From: Octopus vulgaris
Lineage: Eukaryota
DNA length: 64,000 nucleotides
Direction: 5' to 3'
Assembly (NCBI GenBank): GCA_951406725.2
Contig: OX597814.1
Location: forward strand, 123,938,001 to 124,002,000
Shown: positions 39,583-53,600 of the stretch, one piece after another
Numbering within the stretch: position 1 is the first letter of the stretch
How the letters are laid out: each line of letters starts with the position of its first letter
The notes under the pieces: model-generated
Database searches by the model: none
The model's input: the letters and a program-made list of their open reading frames with translations, nothing else
Told to the model about the DNA's origin: nothing
Program-made: the position numbers and the translations under genes

Positions 39583-41199
39583 GTAAGTGTTACTGAAGTG
39601 TTGAAAGGACATTTGAAATTTTTCTTGTATTTCTTCCACCACCACCACGACTACCACCATCACTGCCACTGCCACTGCTGCTGTCACCACTGCCACTGCT
39701 GCTGTCACCACTGCCACTGCTGCTGCCACCACTGCCGCTGCCATCACCACCACCACCACCACCACCACTGTGATGATAACGACAATGACAGTGATGTCCA
39801 TCACCACTGAATTAATTTGACAGGAGTTTTCTGCATATGGAATAGACTTCCATAGGCTACACTTGGCATCTCTTTGGAAGACAACACAGAAGCCAAGGGA
39901 ACAAGCTCTTCTTGCTACTCCCACCTTCAACAATACAATGAACAACATTTTACTATTTTCCTTCAAGCAGTTCACTGATAGGACATTAAGACAAGGCATC
40001 TGCTTGTCCTAGTTTCTATGGTAGGGTTTTCCATAGCAATAAGTAATTTAGAAAAGACATCTAACTGTTCTAGTTTCCATGGTAATAAGTATTTAGGACA
40101 GTATTTCTGTCACAGTTTCTATGATAACAAGTCACCAAGACAGAGCATCAGACAGTCATATCTCCCATGGCAATAAGTAGTTCAAGCAGCAGTTTATCTC
40201 AGTAAGGTTTATCATTGCAAACTGATGCTCAGGTAGACTACAGTTCTCCAGAAAAGGGTAAAATTCTGGACAAAAAGCAGCAACAAGTCAAGGGAAGACA
40301 GACAGTAATCATCGTCATCATCATCATCATCATTTAACGTCCGCTTTCCATGCTAGCATGGGTTGGACGATTTGACTGAGGGTTGGCAAACCAGATGGCT
40401 GCACCAGGCTCCAATCTGATCTGGCAGAGTTTATACAGCTGGATGCCCTTTCTAATGCCAACCACTCCGAGAGTGTAGTGGGTCTTTTATGTGCCCCTGA
40501 TACGAGGGCCAGTCAGGCGGTACTGGCAACGGCCATGCTCAAATGGTGTTTTTTAAGTACCACCTGCACAGGAGCCAGTCCAGCGGCACTGGCAACGACC
40601 TTGCTTGAATGTTTTTTCATGTGCCACCAGCACAAGTGCCAGTAAGAGGACGCTGGTAATGATCATGCTCGAATGGTGCCAGTTAGCTGCTCTGGCAACG
40701 ATTATGTTCGGATGGTGCTCTTAGCGCTCCACTAGCATGGATGCCAATCATCAAAACCAAAAATGCAAGCACAGAACATGGAATAAAACGCAAGACAGAA
40801 AAGTGAGCAGTAAATGAGTCATAAACAAGAAAGGGTGTGTAGGAAGTACATCACAAATAGTGTTGGAAAATTTTTGGAAACATTGTATTTTTAGAGGATG
40901 TAGTGTCCTGATAGCTAAAGGCCAATATGGGTTATATATTCCATACTTTGACAATTCAGAGCATGAAAAAATGTTTCCAAAAGTCATGGGTACTGTGCTA
41001 TTTTTTTAATCTTTTATAACCTCAAACAGCATCCCTTCTGCAAATGGTAGTGCATATATCCTCACTCCTCATGTAGAGTGAATATAGTTGTGTCTTGCGT
41101 CTTTCATTAGTAACTGTTAACATTTTGAAGTTGCTTAATGAAACAGATTGATTAAACCTTGTATAGTAGTTGCAAGGGGGTACCCAAAAGAAACTGGAA

Positions 41200-41600
41200 G
41201 TTTGCAATATTATTTTATCCACTTAGTTTAACATGTTTGCGCTTTTTTATTGCCTTCAGAGTATTCTCCATTTAAAGCAATGCATTGGTCCAGATGTGTT
41301 TTCCACTGTTTGAAGCAATGTTGGAACTTGTGCAAAGTTTTTCTTCACCTCTTCCACATCTGCAAATTCTAGAGCACAACCTTTCATCACCAGTGATGAC
41401 CTTCGAATAAAGGTCCGGATCAACTTCCAACTGTTCTTCCAGTTCACAACACACATTCAGTCATGACTGCTTTTGATCTTCTGTGAGCAAGCAAAGCATA
41501 AATTTTGCTGCAACTCTTTTCATTCACAGTTCCTCACTCAAAATTCATTGGCAGGAGCTCCAGGACATACCAGTCATATCAACAAGTTCGTCAATTGTTC
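41200..41600 (-). mobile_element. Mariner transposase relic (internally deleted)
   Basis: VAAKF....LTEDQKQS..NVCCEL.EQLEVDPDLYSKVITGDE; C-terminal WKTHLDQCIALNGEYSEG. Confidence 0.75.
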
Positions 41601-42031
41601 AGTGCTGGGTTGCAAGTGGGTTCTAGTCGTGGAAGCCTGAACTACAACAGGCTTGTCGTTCCACAAAGAACGTTTCTGGTTACTTTTGGGCACCCCATCA
41701 TATATATATATATATATATATGCATGGCACCTTGGGCAAGTGTCTTTTACTATAGCCTCGGGCCGACCAAAGCCTTGTGAGTGGATTTGGAAGACGGAAA
41801 CTGAAAGAAGCCTGTCGTATATATATGTATATATATATATATGCGTGTGTGTGTTTGTGTGTCTGTGTTTGTCCCCCTAGCATTGCTTGACAACCGATGC
41901 TGTGTGTTTATGTCCCCGTTACTTAGCGGTTTGGCAAAAGAGACTTACAACAGGCTAAGTCGTCCCACAGTCGAGTTGCTTGATTAAAGGCGGTGGTTAG
42001 CTTTTGGACACCCCAGTCAAATACTAAATAA

Positions 42032-42078
<47 letters not shown>

Positions 42079-43959
42079 GCTGTGTGGTAAGAAGCTTGCA
42101 TCTCAACCACATAGTTCCAGGTTCAGTCTCACACTGCATGGCACCTTAGGCAAATGTTTTCTACTATAGTTTCAGGCAGACCAAAGCCTTGTGAGTGGAT
42201 TCTTAGTTATGACCACAACTAAGCTAGTAGTTAGGTACTACATAACTTGTAGTTAGGTACTACAAGATCTAGCTCTCTATCAGCCCAGCTAGCTGTAACT
42301 TTTCCAGTAGCCAACAAGGGCTGACGCTGTATCAGCTCAGTTAGTTATAATTCTCACTATATAACAAGAAAAACATCCCCAAATATAACAAATTATGAAT
42401 TGTTTCACAGCTGGGCCAGTGCTCTGGTAGTTTAACTGGGTGTGGTTTCCTTTAACAGTACAAGAATTGACTCTACTAGCTTAGCTATGATCATTTCTAG
42501 TACTACCATCTCAGCTGGCTGTGACCTTTTCAGTAGACAAGGGCTGACTCCATACTAGCTCTGTTAGTCATAATTCTCTCTCTATAACAATACAACAGTA
42601 ACAGACTATCTACAAGAAATAAAAGCTGTTAGGCAAATTTAATTATCCAATTATGTCATTATAGGAATATTAAGTGTCCCACAGAGAAATCAGATTCTAC
42701 AGAGCCAAGGTTTGGGTAGTGGTGGGTAGTAATGGAAAGGTTGTCAACCTTATCGTCTTTATTAAACAGAGTTGCTAAAGTGGAAAAGCATTTGGCAGGA
42801 ATAAAACTAATATGCCACACTCCAGGAATCAGTACTGATTGAGGAATAAAGTTACTGTAATATCTAGAAATTAATGAGAGAGCTGCTTTGAAGAATTATG
42901 CCATGCGAGGACAGAATTTCCATCATCATCATCATTATCTTCGTCATCGTCGTTGTCGTCGTTGTCGTCGTTGCCGTTGTCATCATCATCATCATCGACA
43001 TCATCATCGTTGTCATCATCGTCATCATCGTCATCATCATCAACTCCATCATCATCGTTGTCATCATCATCATCGTCCTCCTCCTCCTCATTATCCTCCT
43101 CCTCTTCCTCCTCCTCCTCCTCCTCATCATCATTATTGTTTTAATGTCCAATTTTCCATGCTTGTGTGATTCGGATGGAGTTTATTGAGGTAGATTTTTT
43201 TTATGGCTGGATGCCTTTCCTGCTACCAACCCTTACCTGTTATATTTCTCCATAGCCAGACATGTTTTGCAGAATATTGGAAATAAATGACATTCATTTC
43301 CAACAATCCTGCAATGTTGAGACAAGGACACACACACACTGTGTGTATGTGTGTATGACAGGTTGCATCTTTCAGTTTGCATGTATGAAATCCGTTCACA
43401 TCTCACAAGGCTTTCTCCAGTCTGGGGCTACAGTAGAAGACACTTGCTCAAGGTGCTCCACTGTGGAATTGAACCTAAACCCATGTGGCTGGGGAGCAGA
43501 GACTTCTTATCCACACAGCCACACCTGCACCTCTCAGTAAAAATATTGTTCAGTTTTAGTTTTATTTTCACAGATTTAAGTAAGTTATGATATTTCTGTG
43601 CTTGAGAAGACCTGCCCAGCAAATTAAAATCCATGTCCATGATCCCCACCCTGCCTCCACAACCCACCTGTGTTCACCACTACTGTATCCCCCCTCCCTT
43701 CTATTTTCTCTCTTGTATCCACCTACCTGCCTGCACACTATAAACCCCTGTTAGATCGCTTCCCTTCCTCCCACCTCTAACTCCTACTCTCCTTTTGAAA
43801 TCTTGTGAACTCATCTCCTTACCCACCTTCTTCAATCCCTGGTCCACCCCGCTATATACACCATCCTGTAACTTGGGTTTATGGCCCCTGCCTCCTCTCT
43901 GTCACATCTTCACCATCTTTCTCTCCTCTCTGTCTTCTCCATCTGAGGTAGCCATACAA

Positions 43960-44201
43960 GGTGGGGTTCCCAGACTAGTTATGTTTTATAAGAAACAACT
44001 TATTTACCTAAATTTTAACATCATCTTCTTCGAAATAGTCAGTGGCTGTGTGGTAAGTAGCTTGCTTACCAACCACATGGTTTCAAGTTCAGTCCCACTG
44101 CATGGTAACTTGGGCAAGTATCTTCTACCTTAGCCTCGAGCCAACCAAAGCCTTGTGAGTGGATTTGGTAGACGGAAACTGGAAGAAACCCGTCATATAT
44201 G

Positions 44202-44232
<31 letters not shown>

Positions 44233-45228
44233 ATGTATGTGTGTCTGTGTTTGTCCCTCCAACATTGCTTGACAACCGATGCTGGTGTGTTTACATCTCT
44301 GTAACTTAGCGGTTCGGTAAAAGAGATCGATAGAATAAGTACAGGCTTACAAAGAATAAGCTCTGGGGTCGATTTGCTCGACTAAAGGCAGTGCTCCAGC
44401 ATGACCACAGTCAAATGACTGAAACAAATAAAAGAATAAAAGAATGTGCAACACTACACGGGTTCCAGTATTCCTGCCACTTTTGGAATCCAGCCTGGAA
44501 GTGCGTTGAGGACCTTCTGCGATTTGCTCTCGTTCTTGACAGTGGTGTTAAAATGGTGACCTTTGAACTGCATTTTCATCTTGAGGAAGAGATGGAAGCC
44601 TGCAGATGCTAAATCTGGTGAATGAATAGGGTAGGTGTGGAAATGATACCGCATTGTTTTGGTGAGGAACTCATGAGTGAGGAGAGCTTGGTGACAGGGT
44701 GCATTGTTGCCATGAAGAATCTAATTCTTTGTCCTCCATGGATCCGATTGCTTTTGCTGAATGTCTTCTGTCAAACACTTCAAAATGGTAATAAAACTCT
44801 TGGTTGACATTCTGGCCCTGGGGGATAAATTCTTGATGTACAATACCGTGGATGTTAGAAAAAATGTGCAGGGACATTCTTCCCCTTTTGGAGTGTCGAT
44901 GCCACTCAAAGCATTGCATATGACCAATTGCATCATTGCTGTAAGCTTACTGCAGCCTGCTCAATGTCTCTGTAGTGCACTTCCCAAGTCTAAGGCAAAA
45001 TTTCACGTTGGCTCTGTATTCCAACTTCCTGTCTATGATAAAGATCGTTGACTACAGCATGCATGTGATCACAAAACACAAATTTCATAACCTGCAAAGT
45101 AAACACAGCGATGTCACTCAGCACACTGCTTCATGAAGGTCACTCCTAGCTCTCACTATGCATGCAACCATGTGCTGCTATCTGTTGGGGCACTACAGAA
45201 CTAGTCCAGGAACTTTTTGATACCACCT
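43960..45228 (-). mobile_element. Decayed mariner element split by a family A SINE
   Basis: NVKFCLRLGKCTTETLSRLQ.AY, IHGIVHQEFIPQGQNVNQEFY, HSPDLASAGFHLFLKMKMQFKGHHF; terminal segments share ACTAGTC..GGAAC. Confidence 0.8.
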
Positions 45229-45799
45229 GTATCTTTCTTCTTGTGCAAGACAGCTTTCTGTCCCTTAATACAATTCCTTCAGTTGAGAGGGGTCATGTCT
45301 TGCAAGTAACTTGGTGACCCCCATTTCTGCTGGTGTTAGATAAAAAAGCACCCGGTACACCCTGTAAAGTGGTGGTATTAGGAAAGACATCCAGCCATAG
45401 AAACTATGCCAAAACAGACAGCAGAGCCTTGTGCAGTCTTCTAGCTTGCCAGTTCCTGTCAAACCATCTTACCCATGCCAGCATCGAAAACAGATTAATG
45501 AATTCTGTGTTGAAATATAAAGACAGTTTTGGAGAAATCTTGTGTTTAGGGTGCAGGTATGGCTTGGTTGTTTGGTAGTTTGTTTCCAAAACTATTTAAT
45601 GTTGGATTTGATTCTATTGTGTCCTATTTGGATAAATATTTTTTTTCTACTGTTGCCAACAACATTGACCAGAGTTTAATCCCACTGCATGGCATTTTGG
45701 GCAAGTATCTTCTACTATAGCCGTGGGATTTGAGAGTGGCTTTGGTAGACAGAAACAGAAAGAAGCCCATCATATAGATATAGGCCCCTGCTGGCATAT

Positions 45800-46570
45800 G
45801 TATATATATATGCCAGAGTGAAAGGCAGATTGATGATGCCTGTGTGTGAACAGCAATGCTGCATGGCAGTGAAACATGGGCTATAACAGCCGAGGACATG
45901 TGTAGGCTTAAGAGAAATGAAGCCAGTATGCTTTGCTGGATGTTCAATATCAATGTGCATGTTCAGCAGAGTGTAATCATCTTGAGAGAAAAGTTAGGTA
46001 TAAGAGGAATCAGATGCTGTTTGCAAGAGAGACGAATGCACTGGTATGGTCATGTGATGCATATGGATGAGGACGGCTGTGTAAAGAAGCATTGATCTTT
46101 AACTGTGGAGGGAACTCGTGGCAGAGGTCGACCCAGGAAGAATGGGACATTCCAAAGGTGATGAAGCATGATCTTTGAACTTTGAACATCACAGAGGCAA
46201 TGACTAGTGACTAAGACCTTTGGCAATGTGCTCTGTTTAAGGGGACCCATCAAATGAAGTGCTCTCATGCTGGTGGCATGTAAAAAATCAACTTTTGAAT
46301 GATGGGTCTCATGGAGGCAAAGTGGCTGAGTTTCTTTTGAGTTTTGGGCCTCGTGGAGGCAAAGTGGCTGAGTTTCTTTTGAGTTTTGGGCCTCGTGGAG
46401 GAAAAGTGGCTGAGTTCCTTTCGAGTGTTGGGCCTCACGGAGGCAATGACCAAGGTCTATGGCATTATATTGTGCTTGAGAAGACCCATCAAGCTGAGCA
46501 AAATCACAGTCATGACAGATAGCAGTGTCACACAAATGGCACCTGTGCCAGTGGCATATACAAGCACCCG
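45800..46570 (+). mobile_element. RTE LINE 3' fragment with a 42-bp tandem repeat in the 3'UTR
   Basis: MLHGSETWAIT..MCRLKRNEASMLCWM..LREKLGI...RRMHWYGHVMHMDEDGCVK..TVEGTRGRGRPRK; 42-bp unit GGAGGCAAAGTGGCTGAGTT... x3 at 46313-46440. Confidence 0.85.
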
Positions 46571-49319
46571 TTACATTTTCGGAGCGGTAGAAATGTTAGC
46601 ATGCTAGGCAAAATGCATAACAGTATTTTGTTTGCTGTTACGTTCTGAGTTCAAATTCTGCTGAGGTCACTTTGCCTTTCATCCTTTCAGGGTCAATTAA
46701 ATAAGTACCAATTACACACTGGGGTCGATATAATTGACTTAATCCATTTGTCTGTTCTTGTTTGTCCTCTCTGTGTGTAACCCCTTGTGGGCAGTAAAGA
46801 AATAAATATTTTGTCTGTCTTTATGTTCCGAGTTCAAATCCTGCCGAGATCAGCTTTGCCTTTCATCCTTTTGGGGGTTGATAAATTAAATACCAGTTGT
46901 GTACTAGGGTCAATCTAAATGACTGGCTCCCTCCCGCAAAATTTCAGGCCTTGTGCCAAGACTAGAAAAGAATTTACTGCTTGGTTTAATACCATCACCA
47001 CCACCACCATCTGGGTGTTCACTGTTTTCTGTGGAGTCTTCTCTGTAAATGAGCATTCACAGGTCTGGTCTCCAGCAACCCAGGGTTAACTTCCCCACCA
47101 TTTCTGCCAATTGCAGAAGCTTCATACATATCATGGGCATTCACTTTGCTTTCCTGATGAAGCCATTAAAAAACAGAAGCAAAAAATGCCAAAAGGAAAA
47201 AAAGCCAGAGAAAAAAGCAAATGAAAAACAAAAACGAAAATTAAATATTCCTCGTTCTAAATGGATATTTGTTAGATTTCTGTTTAAAATTGAATGTGCT
47301 TTTGGCTTCAGTTTAGCTTTTAAAAAAATATAACAAAAAAATCAGAGTTTTCTGAAATTTAATCTCATTTCATGAAATCTTCATTTGGTAAAAACATATT
47401 CTATGAAACATTTTTTTAAATTTAGAAATAAAATTCTCAATCAGGAAATAATAGTTTTTTTAATGTTCAAATGCTTAATGGTATTTTTTAAAATGATTTT
47501 TTTTTGGATTAAAACTTTCTTTTTGTTTTTGTACTTACTGACCCACACTAGTTTAGTGTATCAATGTAAGACTGTTGGGGGATGCTGATGATGGTAAGAA
47601 TAATGGTAGTAATGGATGATGATGATGATGTTGGCAAAGAGATGGGGTGTTGCATATGGCTATGATGGTGATAATAATGATGATAAAGATGATATTATTG
47701 ATAATGGTGATGGGAATGATGATGATAATGATGATGGTGCCGATAAAGATGATGATGTCAACAATGATGTTGGCGACGATGACGATGATGATGATGTCGA
47801 TATGATGATGACGATGATGATGGTGGTGGAGGTGGTGGTAGTTTGTTGTTTTTTTGGCAGTGATGGGTGGTGATAATGGGGATGGTGTTGATGTTGGTGA
47901 CGGATGATTATTGTGATGTCAGTAGAGATGAAAATGGTAATGATAGTGATGATAATGATAATGATGATGATGATGATGAGGAGGAGGATTATAATAGTGC
48001 TGATACTGATGATGTTGAACATTGTGGTGGTAGTGGTAATGATAGAAGTGTTGTTGCTGTTGTTGTTGATGTTAGTGGTGGTGTTAGTGGTAGTAATACT
48101 GATTGTTGTGATGCTTATTGTGTTGTTGTTTAGCTCTTCCCCCCATCCCCTATGGACCCCTTTGGTTCCTGTTTTACTCAGGTGGACCCTCATAACTATC
48201 CAATGTTTTAAGAATCCCATTATATTTTTATAATTAAACATTATTAGAGGTGTATGGCTCAGTGGTTAGAGAATCAGGCTCACAATCATGAGGTAGTGAG
48301 TTTGATTCCCAGACCAGGCTGTGTGTTGTGTTCTTGAGCAAGACACTTTATTTCACATTGTTCCAGTTCACTCAGCTGTAGAAATGAGTCCCAATGTCAC
48401 TGGTGCCAAGCTGTATCAGCCTTTTTGGCCTTTCACTTGATTAACATCGGTGGTATGGAGAGTGGGGCATGGTAGGCATGGGCGACTGCTAGTCTTCCAT
48501 AAAGAGCCTGGCCTGGATTTCTGCCTCAGAAGGTAACATTCTAGGTGCAGTCCCATTGACCGAAGGGATCTTTACCCTTTACCTTATGTACATATAATGG
48601 TGTAGAGAGGGGAATCTGGTATGCATGGGTGACTGCTGGTCTTCCACAAACAACCTTGCATGGACTTGTGCCTCAGAGGGTAAATTTCTAGGTGCAATCC
48701 TATGGTCATTCATGACCAAAGGGGGTCTTTACACTTTATCCATTAGGGGTTGTATAGAAAATATTTTGTGTATTGCAAAAGTATAAACAGTTTTTTGTAC
48801 ACAGATTTTAGCAACAAACTCTTATATTGACACTCAAGGGTCATATGAACCCAGACTGAAGACCACAGCTCTTGGTCAATCCTGACCACATAGATTTATG
48901 ATGAAAAATACTCCAGCTCTGATCACCTTTTCATTTTCTTGGGATCAAAGAACGTCTAGGAATATATTATCAAATGTATTCTTCTCCTTTTTAAGATAAC
49001 GAGGAGTAATTTTAGAAAGATTTGACTGCTATTTCTAGCAGGTAGTGTGATCACATACAGGTTTATTCTTTTCTTTGCTTTTGTTGGTGGTGATTTTACT
49101 TTGTGTCTTTTGGTTTTAAAATAGATACCACATCCCTCCCTGTGGCAACTGGAAAGAATTTTTTAGTAATAGATTTTAAGAATTAAAGACGATCCATGAT
49201 ACTGTCTACAATTCTGCTACAGTCTTCAAATTCCATTTCTATTAAGACTGTCTTCTGTATGTGAAGAAAATTAGATAAGTTTATCTGATTGACAAAGCAG
49301 ATTAAGAAAAGAGAGAGAG

Positions 49320-49389
<70 letters not shown>

Positions 49390-49479
49390 TTCTTTTGAAA
49401 TGATAAATTTAAAGTGTTTAAAATTAAAAATTTTTTGAACATAGAAGCATTGTAACCGAATGTGATGATCCATTTTGTA

Positions 49480-49960
49480 TCATCAAAGAAACCTACTAAG
49501 TTGGCTTTTGTATTGGTAAGAGAAATGCAAAGACTTCCATCAAAATTTTGGAGATCTGAACCAGAACTTTTATTCTTGAAAGCCACTTAACTAGAGCAGC
49601 TATGTACTTGCCATAAATATATTCATTAATTCTCTGAAAAACAAAGGAATATTTTGAATGTCTTTTTAGGTAATTAACACAATTTATAATGTCATTGAGT
49701 AGTTTCTTAAGCTGACTTCCATTTGTAAAGTTAATCATTTTTTTTTCTCTTAATGCTTCTTCTCTTTGAACAATGCAGTGAATTCTGATGCAGACAGGGG
49801 AAACATGTTTTTCACATAACACTATACTTAACAGAATACCCACCTCGGCAACTATGCCATCAGTAGTAAGCTAAATACATTTGTCCCAGGAAATTCTGAT
49901 TATAAGAAAATCATCATTGTTATTGAAAGAGTGTCTTCAGCGATTTCCTCTGCTATGTCA
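49480..49960 (-). mobile_element. hAT (Buster/Charlie, ZBED5-like) transposase relic
   Basis: SWDKCI.LTTDG, IHCIVQREEAL (HCxxHReaL), LKKLLNDIINCVNYLK, VKWLSRIKVL (RWLSRGKVL). Confidence 0.8.
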
Positions 49961-50317
49961 GTACAACATACTGTTCAAACTTTTATATCCTGTATGTTGT
50001 TAGAGACATCTGGTAAATTCCATAACAAAGAAATTGTGCACAGTTTGTTCTGTCGATGCTTTCAACCATTTATAAGCCATAGCATGGTGCATTCTGTTAT
50101 TTGTGCAAGACTTGGTCTTTTAAATCTTCTGCTTTGTCTTATTGTGCTGTTTATTATAAAGTAGTGTTGTATGATGCTAAATGAATAGAAACATAAGTAA
50201 AGAGCTTGGTAATGTATCTCAGGCCAAGAGGCAGAGAGCATGAAGTGTTAATACCAATGTTACTGCTTCAAAACCAGTTTTAAAATTTTATGATGTTTTT
50301 CCTTCCGAATTTTGATA

Positions 50318-50612
50318 ATGAGCTAATTTGCTTGTTGCAAGATCAGTGAGTGAGCAAACTATTGTTATCTCTAGCAGATGAGTATCCACCACTAAGGATG
50401 AGTACAAAGAGCTCAAAACTGTACGGTCTCTTGGTCTCATGGCTGAAAGATGGTAGGAGTTCATTCCCCTGCCTGCAATATATACCAGGTGCAGATTGCA
50501 TTGAATAACCAGCTAGAGGAGGCATCCTACTGGGATTAAAATGGTAGTAATGTCCTACTGGGGCCAAAATGGTAGTAACGCCAGTTCCTATGGGATGGCC
50601 ATGTTGAAGTGG
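50318..50612 (+). repeat. Interspersed repeat with degenerate hammerhead; second copy 52867-53138 + and an inverted SINE-split copy 52349-52850
   Basis: GAGCTAATTTGCTTGTTGCAAGATCAGTGAGT...CCATGTTGAAGTGG in both copies; CCACCA-CTAAGGA-T-GAGT..GCTC-AAAA-CTGTACGG-TC. Confidence 0.75.
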
Positions 50613-53600
50613 AAGGTTATTCACTGAAATATATTGGTTTTAAATTTTGGCACAAGGCCATCAAGCTCAGGGGTAGGGGTAAGTCAATTACATTGACCTT
50701 AGTGTTCAACAGGGACTTATTTTATTGACTCAAAAGGAGGAAAGGCAAAGTGGATCTCGGTGGAATTGGATCTCAGAATGTAAAGACGGATGAAATGCTG
50801 CAAAGCATTCTGCCCAGCATACTAACAGTTCTACCAGCTCACTGTCTTAATTTACTGAAGTATATTGATATGTAAAATGAGTTACCATATTTGATGGTAT
50901 ATAAGATGCACTTTTTTACAAAACAATCTTTAAAAAAAAGATCAAACTAAGTCCTACATGCAAAGTTGAACCTCCCACAACCTAATTTTGTCCCCAATGC
51001 TCTCTTTTACCTGAATATGTACTGTTGAAATTGGTGTGCATCTTTTATGCTTGTGTGCCTTTTATATCATCAAATACATTTTCACATAATTGATCAATCT
51101 GTCAGAGAGAAATAAGAAAATTTTGGTTTTCTGTCATAAAAAGATAAAGTTAGTCTTGATTATTGGCTGAAATAGGTGAAAATTTGTAGAAAAAACATCT
51201 TATTATTGTCTTTGTTCAATGAAAATAAAATTTAAGTGTATAAAAGAAATGAAATAGAGAAAAAGAAAATTAGCAACTTACCATATTTTTAAAGTCTGGT
51301 ATGATTAAAACAACATTTGATTATCAAAAATAGCATGCTGTAAATTAATAACGAAAATTAATATAAATAAACAAAATTATGTTATTTCAGTGTTTTTAAA
51401 TTATTTATGAGCATATCAATATCTTAAATGTTTTATTATTTTATCATGACAGTTAAATTCTTTTCTTTAACCTAAAATCTCTTGAGAGCAGAAATGGTTC
51501 GACATTTAACACAAAATAAATTTTTTTCTAAAAATAGTCTATCTAACATTAAAAATTTTGATAAATCTTATCTGATGAATTTTTCTGACAAACTTTCTTA
51601 GAACCCTGAACATATTGCTACAAGCCCTCAGGGTTTATATGAACCCAGGTTGGCAATCACTGGCCTAGAGTAGCAAGAGAAAGAAGAGGATAGTTATTAT
51701 AGTACAACCAGTTTAATTGATATTAGGCCTGTATCAGCTATGAACAGAATAAAACGATAGGAACCAATCAAATTAGAAATGTTCTGTTTTAGCAAGAAGT
51801 AATACAAATAGATCAAATAGTGGAAAATATTTCATTGGTGAGGAAGAAGAGAAATGTAATGTTTCATATATTTCTCATTCTTTGGACTGAGAGAGAGAAA
51901 GATAAGAGATTTAATAAAGGACGAATATCCAAAATGCCAAACTTCTTCCTCGTGGCATAAAACATATTCCATTATTTGAGTTATAAACATAGATGTTGCT
52001 GTAATCTCTAATCTCAGTGATAAAAGGAGCCTCTGTTTGGATGCTAGGATTACTGGAAATTGTGGACAAATCTCCCTTAATCCCACTCTACTATCTTAAA
52101 ATAGGCAGGACATGTTTGACAATACATATACCAGGAAATATGAAGAAAGGTAACAGAATGGTCTGAGTTTTGATTATGCATTAGTTAGATGAGAACTGAT
52201 TTGGGGTAAAAAAACAACAACCCCAAAAAACAAAAAGAATACTTATACCAATGTGACAGTAGACACACATATGAACCTAACAGTCAGTTATGGCCTGTTT
52301 CAAAAATTAGGTGGTCCATCACGGAGATTATATCATAAGCTGTTATTAGTTTATTGCCAATTCAACATGGCTGTTCCATAGAAACTGACATTACTATCAT
52401 TTTAATCCCAGGAGGACACCTCCAGCTGGTTGTACGATACCCTCTACATCTGGTTAAATACCATCTACACCAGGCCCAAAATTTTTGGAGGAGGGGGCCA
52501 GTTGATTAGATCAACCCCAGCACAAAACTGGTACTTAATTTATCAACCCTGAAAGGATGAAAGACAAAGTCAACCTCGGTGGAATTTGAACTTAGAACTT
52601 AAAGACAGACAAAATACCGCTAAGTATTTCGCCTGGCATGCTAACATTTCTGCCAGCTTGCCACATTTGTATATATACTGTAAGCAGGGGAGTGAACCCC
52701 TACCATCTTCCAGTCATGAAACCACCAACCTGTATTGGTTTTGAATGCTTTGTGGTGGATTCTCATCCTCTAGAGATAGCAGTAGTTCACTCCAGTTTGC
52801 AATATATAGAAAATAGGTAACATCCAGTCATTGATCTTGCAACAAGCAACTTAGAAATTTTCTAACGAGCTAATTTGCTTGTTGCAAGATCAGTGAGTGG
52901 GTGAACTACTGTTATCTCTAGCAGACGAGTATCCACCACCAAGGGTGAGCACAAAGAGCTCAAAACTGTACAGTCTCTTGGTCTTGTGGCTGGAAGTTGG
53001 TAGGAGTTCATTCCCCTGCCTGCAATATATACCAGGTGCAGATTGCATTGAATAACCAGCTGGAGGAGGCATCCTATTGGGGCCAAAATGGTAGTAATGC
53101 CAGTTCCTATGGAATGGCCATGTTGAAGTGGCAATAAGAATTACTTTGCAGTATAGTTACTGCTTTCATCTCTTATACAGATTTTCTAACTAGCTATTAT
53201 TAGTTACTATATGACAAAAATAATTTTAGATATATTTACATGATTATTCTTGACTGGAGGGTTTTGAAGTTTTGTAGGAAAAACTTTTTACCTCATAGGA
53301 TGTCTATACAACTAGTATTAACTCAACTCTAAGAAGGGTTGGAACTGCTTTGTCATCATCATCGTTTAACATCTGCTTTCCATGCTAGCATGGGTTGGAT
53401 GATTTGACTGAGGACTGGCGAACCAGATGGCTGCAATCTGATCTGGCAGAGTTTCTACAGCTCGATGCCCTTCCTAACACAACCACTCCGAGAGTGTAGT
53501 GGGTGCTTTTACGTGCCAACAGCATGAGGGCCAGTCAGGCAGTACTGGCAACTGTCATGGAAAATTTTTTTTTTTTTACGTGTCACTTGCACACCGGCAC

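Noticed and set aside
39583-39810. His/Cys-rich metallothionein-like extension of the 39517 ORF
   Set aside because: Lies beyond a consensus gtaagt donor and derives from (CAC/TGC)n trinucleotide repeats.
52938-52981. Second apparent G3:C8 hammerhead core (GTGAGCA)
   Set aside because: The sister copy at 50386 shows the core is CT(G)AGGA and that GAGC belongs to stem II, so the G3:C8 reading is coincidental.
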